From a virus: a stretch of 50,869 bases of DNA. Within the stretch, counting starts at the first letter, position 1; each line of letters opens with the position of its first letter. A program made the position numbers and the translations under genes. The notes beneath the pieces were generated by a model that was given only the letters and a program-made list of their open reading frames with translations, did no database searches and had not been told where the DNA came from. Positions 43,373 to 50,279 of this stretch are shown here, piece by piece. The stretch is from positions 1 through 50,869 of the IMG/VR virus record IMGVR_UViG_3300016484_001084. One strand, written 5' to 3'.

Positions 43373-44323
43373 TTACTTCGGCTGGTGTTCACTCAGATAG
43401 TTGGCCCACAACGAGCGAAAATCCGGCTCGCATGGACTGGGCGCATGAGCAATAATGCTGGTTGCGGCCCACAGCCCATCGTGCTTGGTTTTCGCTTGAT
43501 GGATGTACTGATCACTCACCCGCTTGACTGAGAGGTGGTACATCTCACTGAACCCGCTCGGCAGTTCGCCAGGCAACTTACCGACCGCCAAGATGCCCCT
43601 GACTGTCTCGCTGGCAAACTCAGCCTTATCCTCGCTGGTATGGAAAATGAAAATGGTGGTCGTCGGCCACCAGACGGCTTGTGATCGCACGATCCGGTTC
43701 ACGTCCTCCTTGACCTGGTTGTACCAGGCAAGATTGCTGCCTTGCTCCTTGCCCGCCGGCATCGGGAACATAAATTTAGCCCGTCTCATCGCGCCGTACT
43801 GGAAAAAGCTCATCGAATCAAACACCACCGAGGACCAGCTTGCCGCCTCGCTATAAAACCCCGCCAGCCGTGCCTCCACGTTCGCCACCGCGCGGGGCTT
43901 GTCCACGTCAGGATCGATGTAGTGTTCGACCCGACGGATCAGCTCTCCTGCCTCGTTGTAGCAATCCTCCGCCACAATGCCCGCTGACTCGTAAAACTCG
44001 TCCAGGTTCCGCTCCACCCGCAACCCGGCCTTGTAAGGATGCGCCTTGCTGGGTGGATCGAAGGCCAACACCAATTGAGGGCGCTCACCTGTCTTCGGAT
44101 ACTTCGCCGCCAGCGTGCTCTTGCCGGTGCCGCTATCCCCGTAGATGCAACAGGTGTGCGGGGGGATGATCGCTAACAGCTCAGCATCGGTATAGGCTCG
44201 ACTGCCTTGTGCTCCACCCCCTGATACCGACACCGGCGCATGATGCTCGATCTGTCCTGTCGGCGCAGGCACCGAACCTGCTGGTGGTTGACTGCCTGGT
44301 TTCAGTAACTTTCGAATCGCCAT
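43373..44323 (-). CDS. Sak4-like RecA-family ATPase (AAA_24-like)
   Basis: Walker A IYGDSGTGKSTLA, Walker-B-like VVFDSMS. ATG 44323. Confidence 0.6.
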   Translation of the reverse strand: MAIRKLLKPGSQPPAGSVPAPTGQIEHHAPVSVSGGGAQGSRAYTDAELLAIIPPHTCCIYGDSGTGKSTLAAKYPKTGERPQLVLAFDPPSKAHPYKAGLRVERNLDEFYESAGIVAEDCYNEAGELIRRVEHYIDPDVDKPRAVANVEARLAGFYSEAASWSSVVFDSMSFFQYGAMRRAKFMFPMPAGKEQGSNLAWYNQVKEDVNRIVRSQAVWWPTTTIFIFHTSEDKAEFASETVRGILAVGKLPGELPSGFSEMYHLSVKRVSDQYIHQAKTKHDGLWAATSIIAHAPSPCEPDFRSLWANYLSEHQPK

Positions 44324-44363
44324 GGTTGCTCGCTCCTTCTTGGTTGTTTGGTTGGATGCTTGT

Positions 44364-44438
44364 TTATTTATCGAGATGTTCCCACAAATAATCACACAGC
44401 AACGCAATGACTGTAATTGCATAGATACCCCACCGCAT
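44364..44438 (-). CDS. 24-aa hydrophobic micro-ORF
   Basis: MRWGIYAITVIALLCDYLWEHLDK. AAGGAGG 6 nt upstream of the ATG. Confidence 0.35.
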   Translation of the reverse strand: MRWGIYAITVIALLCDYLWEHLDK

Positions 44439-44449
44439 GCTAACCTCCT

Positions 44450-45433
44450 TTACTCATCCGCAAACGGACTCCACCATTCCACCTTATAGTTCGCATCAAT
44501 GAGGTGTGGTTGCCGTCCCATCTCGCACATGCCTAGATACTGACACCATTGACAGGTGTTGTTGAACATCCCTTCTTGTGCGATGGCCTGCACATCAGCC
44601 AGGTTCGGCGCGTCGGCCAGCAACTTACGCATCTTTCGGGCCGCGTCCAGTGCGTCGGCCTTCCACCCCTCGATCAACGGCTCAGACCGTTCCAACAACC
44701 CGACCGGCTCCCACTTCGCATGCAGCAAGCGACAATCTTTATACTTCTGGTTGTGCTTGGCGCACTTCCGACCCTCATCACTCGGCAGTTTGCTGAACTC
44801 CAGCCCTTGCACAAACACCCCCAGAATCGGTCCCTCAAACAACTGTCGCGCCCCCCACAGGTAGCCGGTCAACTGACTACTCAACTTCCACTTGTTTTTC
44901 CACATCGCATTGATCATGCCGGTCGTTTTGAACTCTTCAATCGCCCACCCGTTGTTGTACTGTCCAAACCCGTCCATGCGGATGGCGTAGTAGATCCCCT
45001 CAGCCTCATCGAGCGGCAGACAATCAGCCAGCTCGATCTGATTGGCCGGATCAGGATAGGCCAGCATCCCGCCCTTGTAGCGTCCATCACCAAGCGGCTC
45101 CAGACTCCTCAGATATTCCTGTGTGACCGCAAAGGTATTCTGGTAACTGAGCCGATCATCACCCACTACATTCGCCCCCGCCCACGCATAGTAGCTCTCC
45201 ATAAACGCCAGCATACCAGCCTGGACATCACCCCCAGACTTGTAAAACACCTCTCGCGCCTTGTGTGCCGCTGATCCCGCCTTGAGTGCCGCACTATCGT
45301 CCTTCCCGGTATACCCCTGCAAATACCGCAACCACGCCGCCGTGCTACACCCGTAGTAGCTGGCCAGTGCACTGTTATCCACGACAAACACGCCGCCCTC
45401 GTTCATGCCGATTTTGAGTGTTTTCAGATCCAT
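44450..45433 (-). CDS. PD-(D/E)XK Cas4/RecB-like exonuclease with Fe-S cysteines
   Basis: MDGFG...IEEFKT (D...ExK). One N-terminal Cys (YYGCS) plus C-terminal CQWCQYLGMC. Confidence 0.7.
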   Translation of the reverse strand: MDLKTLKIGMNEGGVFVVDNSALASYYGCSTAAWLRYLQGYTGKDDSAALKAGSAAHKAREVFYKSGGDVQAGMLAFMESYYAWAGANVVGDDRLSYQNTFAVTQEYLRSLEPLGDGRYKGGMLAYPDPANQIELADCLPLDEAEGIYYAIRMDGFGQYNNGWAIEEFKTTGMINAMWKNKWKLSSQLTGYLWGARQLFEGPILGVFVQGLEFSKLPSDEGRKCAKHNQKYKDCRLLHAKWEPVGLLERSEPLIEGWKADALDAARKMRKLLADAPNLADVQAIAQEGMFNNTCQWCQYLGMCEMGRQPHLIDANYKVEWWSPFADE

Positions 45434-45450
45434 CGCTCCCCCTTTCTGCC

Positions 45451-45639
45451 TTACTTGACCTGCCGCTCCAGTACGACCAGTCCAGCCGCCAGCGCATCGT
45501 TCAACACCATATCCAGCGTCCAATGCAGCTTCCCGTGAGCATTGCGAGCTGCCTTCAGGATATGGAGCCGACTATGCAGGCCCCGCTTCAATCGCCGTGT
45601 CGAAAAAAACACCTCATCTTTGGCTGGGCTCGTCTTCAT
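45451..45639 (-). CDS. small hypothetical protein
   Basis: ATG 45639. 62 aa. Start uncertain. Confidence 0.35.
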   Translation of the reverse strand: MKTSPAKDEVFFSTRRLKRGLHSRLHILKAARNAHGKLHWTLDMVLNDALAAGLVVLERQVK

Positions 45640-45856
45640 GATGGTTGCCGCCTTTCCTCCGCTTGTGTTGTTGCCGCACCCCAAACCGATTCAGTTGATT
45701 CTCACTCCGTCGATAAAACCCGACAATCGTACTCCAGCATTCCCACCCGACCCCACGTGCCCCACAATTGACACACCGCCAGCCCTCGATCTCCTGTTCC
45801 TGCATCGCCACCAGCAACCCCGCGCATCGGGGACACCGGCTCGGTTGTGTCGTCAT
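45614..45856 (-). CDS. zinc-ribbon protein
   Basis: CPRC...CVNC. The ATG lies 9 nt downstream of a -10 element. Confidence 0.55.
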   Translation of the reverse strand: MTTQPSRCPRCAGLLVAMQEQEIEGWRCVNCGARGVGWECWSTIVGFYRRSENQLNRFGVRQQHKRRKGGNHHEDEPSQR

Positions 45857-45865
45857 CGTGGCGGC

Positions 45866-45894
45866 AGACTAACCCAACCCGCCGCCCTTGTCAA
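45866..45894 (-). promoter_or_regulatory. sigma70-like promoter TTGACA-N17-TAGTCT with upstream A-tract
   Basis: Minus strand: -35 at 45894-45889, -10 at 45871-45866, A7 run upstream. Confidence 0.5.
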
Positions 45895-45935
45895 TAGCTT
45901 TCTCATTTTTTTGTGCTCGCTCAGCATTGCAAGAG

Positions 45936-46016
45936 TCAGACCACCCGTCGCCAGACCTCCATGACCACCCAGCTCCACCAAAGAGCCCACCAGGTCGCCC
46001 GCTGCTCCGGTGTCAT
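45936..46016 (-). CDS. 26-aa Trp-rich hydrophobic micro-ORF
   Basis: MTPEQRATWWALWWSWVVMEVWRRVV. ATGA overlap with the upstream gene stop. Confidence 0.3.
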   Translation of the reverse strand: MTPEQRATWWALWWSWVVMEVWRRVV

Positions 46017-46291
46017 AAGCCCAGCTCACGGATCAGTTTTCTCACCTTCATGGTCTGATTCCCCGCTTGCTGTGATCGGCGCTGCATCTGTCTCCGCCGA
46101 ACCCGTCGCAAACACCCACAGCTGCGTTGTCGCCCGCGCCGGAGCCACGTGCCCGGCACACTACACACCATCCCGCACTTGCACACACACTGCCAGCACA
46201 CATTGCCGGACAGATCACGCACCGGCAGCGGAAACTTCGCCGTCAACCACCCGAACTGTTTGCCTGCTAGCTCTTGAGATACTTTGGCCAT
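46013..46291 (-). CDS. Cys-rich zinc-binding DNA-binding-like protein (G..FG.L...W.C.C.CG...SCGC type)
   Basis: GKQFGWLTA...CWQCVCKCG...SCGC, a pattern recurrent in small phage proteins. Confidence 0.5.
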   Translation of the reverse strand: MAKVSQELAGKQFGWLTAKFPLPVRDLSGNVCWQCVCKCGMVCSVPGTWLRRGRQRSCGCLRRVRRRQMQRRSQQAGNQTMKVRKLIRELGL

Positions 46292-46464
46292 GGTCGATCC
46301 TTTCGTTGCAGATAATACGCCACCCCGAGCCCAACACTGATCCCGACGCCTATACTGATCAAGAGCAGGATCAGCACTTCCCAGCCAGTCACCCAGCTCC
46401 AGTACAACACCCCGTTGGCGGCTCCCAGACCTGCTCCCCACGCTTTCCACGGTGGGCGGGTCAT
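46267..46464 (-). CDS. small membrane protein
   Basis: Two hydrophobic stretches (GAGLGAANGVLYWSWV, VLILLLISIGVGISVGLGVAYY). ATGA overlap. Confidence 0.5.
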   Translation of the reverse strand: MTRPPWKAWGAGLGAANGVLYWSWVTGWEVLILLLISIGVGISVGLGVAYYLQRKDRPWPKYLKS

Positions 46465-46733
46465 GACGCCCCTGCTTTCCGCAACAACCGACGCGCTTCT
46501 GTTGCATAGGGTTCATTCAACCCAAAGGTCTCGGTTGCGTGCCCTTCACATTTCAGTATCGTTTTCCCGTCCATAAACCCCAGCTCATAGCGGCGCTGGG
46601 CCTTCTCATCCACACTCGACCACAGCTTCGGACTGTCAAACACCTGTGCATCGAGAAACCCTTGATGCTCAGAGTAGGCCAAGTGCGCTTGCTGCTTTAA
46701 CCAGTCAGCTCGTTCATAGTAGGTCATGCTCAT
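46461..46733 (-). CDS. hypothetical protein
   Basis: ATG 46733 with a GGGGGGA purine-rich RBS. 90 aa. Confidence 0.5.
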   Translation of the reverse strand: MSMTYYERADWLKQQAHLAYSEHQGFLDAQVFDSPKLWSSVDEKAQRRYELGFMDGKTILKCEGHATETFGLNEPYATEARRLLRKAGAS

Positions 46734-46870
46734 TCCCCCCTTTCTAAACAATCCTCCACACATCCCACACACTGGTCTGTACCATCATCAAACCAGCACG
46801 GCCAGGTATCTTCAATCCAATAGACTGCCAGTGCTGCTGCTAGGCTCATGGCTAGAATCACCGTTTTCAT
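46730..46870 (-). CDS. 46-aa signal/TM plus Cys-rich micro-protein
   Basis: MKTVILAMSLAAALAVYWIEDTWPCWFDDGTDQCVGCVEDCLERGE. ATGA overlaps at both ends. Confidence 0.45.
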   Translation of the reverse strand: MKTVILAMSLAAALAVYWIEDTWPCWFDDGTDQCVGCVEDCLERGE

Positions 46871-47097
46871 GCTGTCTCCTCCCCTCTCGCCCATGCCTGG
46901 AACCGTCGGGCTGATCGAATGACCTGCTCCATCTGTTCGTCTAACTCCTGCGCAAACTCCGCTACTTCATACACCTGTCCATCGTGTTCGTCGTCAAACA
47001 CATTCCGTAAGGTCCGCACATACTCCACGACCGCTGTTCGCGCCGGGTTGTCCGCCCAGGCTTCCTGCTTGATGATGGTGTCTAGGCTGTGATACAC
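46867..47097 (-). CDS. acidic hypothetical protein
   Basis: GTG 47097 with GGAGT RBS. 76 aa. Confidence 0.5.
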   Translation of the reverse strand: MYHSLDTIIKQEAWADNPARTAVVEYVRTLRNVFDDEHDGQVYEVAEFAQELDEQMEQVIRSARRFQAWARGEETA

Positions 47098-47184
47098 TCT
47101 CGCTACTCCTTTCCTTGTGATTCCCCGGTCCGCGTCGGCCCTCTCAGGTCATGCTGGGAGGGCCGGTGTGTTCTCTCACCTCTG

Positions 47185-47664
47185 CTAGCTCCGAATCCAA
47201 TAGGTCTTCCGGTCAAACTCCACAGTGGTATAGTCCTCTTTTAGCTCCTCTGCTGCCTGCTCCCAGTCAATGCACTTCATCGGCCAACGTGCGTTTGGAT
47301 CGATTGCCCCTATATCTTCGGCTAGCTGTTGTGCGTAGGTGCTAAAATAGCTATCTGCAATCAACGTTTCACCATAGGCCCAGTCTCCGTATCCCTCCGC
47401 TTCGTTAATGAGGTCCTTGAGTGCCTGCCATTCATCTCGATCATCCCAGTCGTCAAGCGCGGCCTCTGCCTCCTTAACAGCATCACGCGCAGCCTCCCAT
47501 TGTTCCCGTGTGTCTGCATCGTTTTGATCTAGCTCGTCCAGCGTTTCTTGTGCCTCCTTAATAGCCTCTTGGAGCGTGTATAGATCGTCACTCAGATCGT
47601 CAAACCGTTTGATAATATCTCGACTATCAATGACCTCGTCGCCTCGTGTGTCTCTGGTTCTCAT
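47185..47664 (-). CDS. highly acidic protein, possible ArdA-like antirestriction/DNA mimic
   Basis: 45 of 159 residues are D/E by my count. The C-terminal CIDWEQAAEELKEDYTTVEFDRKTYWIR resembles the ArdA YIDYE.F.RDL..DY...g..Y.F motif. Confidence 0.4.
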   Translation of the reverse strand: MRTRDTRGDEVIDSRDIIKRFDDLSDDLYTLQEAIKEAQETLDELDQNDADTREQWEAARDAVKEAEAALDDWDDRDEWQALKDLINEAEGYGDWAYGETLIADSYFSTYAQQLAEDIGAIDPNARWPMKCIDWEQAAEELKEDYTTVEFDRKTYWIRS

Positions 47665-47810
47665 GCTGTTCGTGCCTCCTTCAAAAGTTTGCTGATAGCC
47701 TGGTACTGGATTGTTTGTAGCGTCCCGTTGTCATTGAACGTGTTAAACAAGTGCTCCGCAATCGCTTCACCCATCTCGCGAGCTTGTGTGGTTGTTTTGA
47801 TCCCTTTCAT
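47661..47810 (-). CDS. 49-aa hypothetical micro-protein
   Basis: MKGIKTTTQAREMGEAIAEHLFNTFNDNGTLQTIQYQAISKLLKEARTA. ATGA overlap with the acidic gene start. Confidence 0.4.
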   Translation of the reverse strand: MKGIKTTTQAREMGEAIAEHLFNTFNDNGTLQTIQYQAISKLLKEARTA

Positions 47811-47880
47811 TTCGATTTGTAGTTGAATAATCACAACAGTCTTTTCCTTTCATCCCCTCAGGTTAAATGGCTAGCTTCTC

Positions 47881-48804
47881 TTATCCCTTCACCCGTACAG
47901 GCCAGTGCATCCGGTTTGCAAAGCCTTCCATGGCCTCGTAGGTCATGTCGTGACATCCGGCCCTAAGCGATCCATCACGCTTGATGTACTGAACCACAAA
48001 CGATCCCGCATGGAGACTATGACCGTTGTGATAGTACTCCTCACGGTCTCCGCACTTGATTTCTTGAATCATATCCCAGAGTTTCCGAGCGTGTAACACC
48101 GGCAATTCTGCGCCTCGGGAAGTCTGAACAGTCTCAGCATCCTTCAAGCGGAGTTGAATCACAGGGTAGTGGTACGCGCTATATGCACACTCCTTGTGCT
48201 CAATCCAATTCCACATATCCGCCAGCAACGCTTGTTCACGCGCTTGCTCCTCCCTCTTGCGTTGCTCCTTGCGTGCTTTGTTCTTTTCGGCCTGCTCCTT
48301 CAATCGGATCTGCGCTTGTGCCTTCCAATCCTCAGGAATCGCCAAACGGTCCGACACCTTTTCAAGTTGAAACGCTCGCCTATAGCGGTCATACCTCCAA
48401 ACTACTTCTTCCATCCTCTCGTTCAAGTACCCAAAGTTAGACCGGGCTCTAGCAGCTTTGTTCATCAGATCAATCAATTCCTGTTTCATAGCTGACAGAT
48501 TCAGCAAATGGTCAGACTCACTACACGGCCTCACGTTGTCGCACGCGATCACTGTGATACCGTCTGCAATGGCCCTGTTCGTCAATGCAACATGCCGCTG
48601 TGTGGTACTGCTGTAGGTCTTCGTAGTGAACAGAATAAACCGCACACCATTGACTTTGTGAAACTTCGCAATCGGGAAATGATTTCCATAGCTGTAGATG
48701 GTGTGCTCGCGAAAATAAAAGCTCTTATTGCTGTTTCTAGCCTCGGTTTGCGATTGGTTGGCCCACAAATGCGCTACCATGTTTCTGTTGACAACTGTTT
48801 TCAT
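47881..48804 (-). CDS. conserved-looking hypothetical protein (VAHLWA.QSQ...IYSYG.HFPIA N-terminal motif)
   Basis: 307 aa. I recall the N- and C-terminal motifs recurring in phage/plasmid early regions. Central charged coiled coil. Confidence 0.55.
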   Translation of the reverse strand: MKTVVNRNMVAHLWANQSQTEARNSNKSFYFREHTIYSYGNHFPIAKFHKVNGVRFILFTTKTYSSTTQRHVALTNRAIADGITVIACDNVRPCSESDHLLNLSAMKQELIDLMNKAARARSNFGYLNERMEEVVWRYDRYRRAFQLEKVSDRLAIPEDWKAQAQIRLKEQAEKNKARKEQRKREEQAREQALLADMWNWIEHKECAYSAYHYPVIQLRLKDAETVQTSRGAELPVLHARKLWDMIQEIKCGDREEYYHNGHSLHAGSFVVQYIKRDGSLRAGCHDMTYEAMEGFANRMHWPVRVKG

Positions 48805-48905
48805 CGGTCTACCCCTTTCGTGTTGGTGTTATTACGCTCGCTGTCCGTCTTCTGTAAATTCGTATGCGTTAGCCATTATCGCGTCTTCCACCTGCTCATT
48901 ACTGT

Positions 48906-49127
48906 TCAACTAAATGTGTGTTGAAACGCCTCTTCCCATGTTGCATAGAACGGCGACCGTTGCAGCCTGTCCATCTTGTTGCATTCAGTGAAAGGGTAGT
49001 AACGCGAGAGGTCTGCAATCGTTTTCCCTTTCAACTGTGCATCACTGAATACAAGCCCTGCTGTTACGCCATGATGATACTTGGACACAAACCGAATCTT
49101 GCAATACTGCGTAGGTTGATCACTCAT
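48906..49127 (-). CDS. hypothetical early protein
   Basis: 73 aa, GGAGG RBS. Confidence 0.5.
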   Translation of the reverse strand: MSDQPTQYCKIRFVSKYHHGVTAGLVFSDAQLKGKTIADLSRYYPFTECNKMDRLQRSPFYATWEEAFQHTFS

Positions 49128-49140
49128 GCGGTCCTCCTAG

Positions 49141-49323
49141 TTAGTGTGTCGCGGCTCTGAATTGGTTGTACTCGTTCACTTCAATCGCTTGCAGGAACAG
49201 CGCCCGCTCGATGGCCCGCTTCGTTCTCTTATCTTGTTTGTAGCTATGCCATTGATTAGCATGCCGTTGTGCAAAATGCGTCAGCGCCAATGAATCTTTG
49301 GTGTGTCCAATGAATCTTGCCAT
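49141..49323 (-). CDS. hypothetical early protein (first gene of the leftward arm)
   Basis: ATG 49323 with AAAGGAGA RBS. 60 aa. Confidence 0.45.
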   Translation of the reverse strand: MARFIGHTKDSLALTHFAQRHANQWHSYKQDKRTKRAIERALFLQAIEVNEYNQFRAATH

Positions 49324-49515
49324 GTTGTCGTCTCCTTTGTGTGTCGTTGCGCTCACGCTTTTACCTTATTCAAACCGCGTGCCGTACCCTCACATGAACG
49401 ATATCAATAGGTTAGCAGATAGCAGTTGCATAGCTAGCCTATCAAATGTGACACTTTTGCGCCTCAGTGGGGCGGTTTGGCCTCGTTTTGCTGTAACCAT
49501 TGGTAGAGTTTTAGG

Positions 49516-49849
49516 GACGTTTATAGACGTTTATTTGACCTACCTATAAGTGTTAACCCGTTGATTTCGTTGATAAAAATCACCAATTACCTAAGGGTTT
49601 CTGTTAAGTTTTAGAGTTTTATAGTGACAGGCTCGCGCGGGCTCTGGTCTGCCTCTCTCTCTCTATATATACACATATATATATTAAGAAGAAGAGAGAC
49701 CGACAGACTGAGCGAGCGAGAGACGACCGCCCGCCCGCGGCACTACTATAAACGTTATAAAAGATATAAACGATGGAATTCCTCAACAGTTTCAACGGGT
49801 TAGATGAATATAGTTCAATGAGTCTAGGCCATAAGTGTTAATAAACGTC
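49516..49849. promoter_or_regulatory. candidate replication origin: quasi-palindromic (CT)n / AT-rich / (GA)n core flanked by symmetric repeats
   Basis: Core 49631-49740. GACGTTTAT x2 on the left versus ATAAACGT(C) x3 on the right. 10-bp inverted repeat AACCCGTTGA/TCAACGGGTT (49555-64 / 49792-801). ATAAGTGTTAA x2. Confidence 0.45.
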
Positions 49850-49941
49850 GGCAAAGGACCTAGAGATTGGAGGGCAGGCATAGGTCTTTCGGCCTATGCT
49901 CTAGGCCTTTCGCGTATCTTGATTCTCGATATCGGCCAATC

Positions 49942-49963
49942 GCTGATTGTGGGTTATCGAGAT
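49942..49963 (+). repeat. iteron A copy 1 (GCTGATTGTGGGTTATCGAGAT)
   Basis: 21/22 identical to 50258-50279. Partial third copy at 50533-50545. Confidence 0.8.
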
Positions 49964-50038
49964 TGTAGATAAGTGTAGCGTTTTGCTACAGCACTGTGGC
50001 ATTTTGACCTACGTAGCAAATCGTTATTTCATCGATTT

Positions 50039-50054
50039 ACTACGTAGATTTTAT
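50039..50054 (+). repeat. iteron B copy 1 (ACTACGTAGATTTTAT)
   Basis: 16/16 identical to 50148-50163. CTACGTAG also at 50009-50016. Confidence 0.8.
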
Positions 50055-50147
50055 CGCTATTGGCCAATTCCCCGATTCGCCGATTCGCGGAATGCACCGA
50101 GTATGGATAACCATACACAGTGGGGTGGACGATGCAAAACACCAAAC

Positions 50148-50163
50148 ACTACGTAGATTTTAT
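50148..50163 (+). repeat. iteron B copy 2 (ACTACGTAGATTTTAT)
   Basis: Direct repeat of 50039-50054. Confidence 0.8.
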
Positions 50164-50257
50164 TCGTATACTCATATTTCGAGATTCACATAATCACGAA
50201 TCCTCATTATGTGATACCCGCAATTGCCTGTTTGCCGATTGTGAGAATTAGGTATCC

Positions 50258-50279
50258 GCTGATTCTGGGTTATCGAGAT
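50258..50279 (+). repeat. iteron A copy 2 (GCTGATTCTGGGTTATCGAGAT)
   Basis: Direct repeat of 49942-49963. Confidence 0.8.

Noticed and set aside
42200-43531. 443-aa plus-strand ORF, the longest ORF in the region
   Set aside because: It is antisense to three well-supported minus-strand genes. It has low-complexity R/P/L/C-rich composition, no RBS and no recognisable motifs, so it is a shadow ORF.
47137-47164. Intrinsic terminator downstream of the acidic gene (GGCCCTC...GAGGGCC hairpin)
   Set aside because: A 7-bp stem is present, but no U-run follows on the transcribed (minus) strand. I left it unannotated.
49631-49740. CRISPR array or microsatellite-type artefact, and an NrdR box in the AT core
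   Set aside because: There are no regularly spaced repeat-spacer units. The CT/GA/AT tracts form one quasi-palindrome. The AT core (ATATATACACATATATAT) is not the palindromic NrdR-box pattern.
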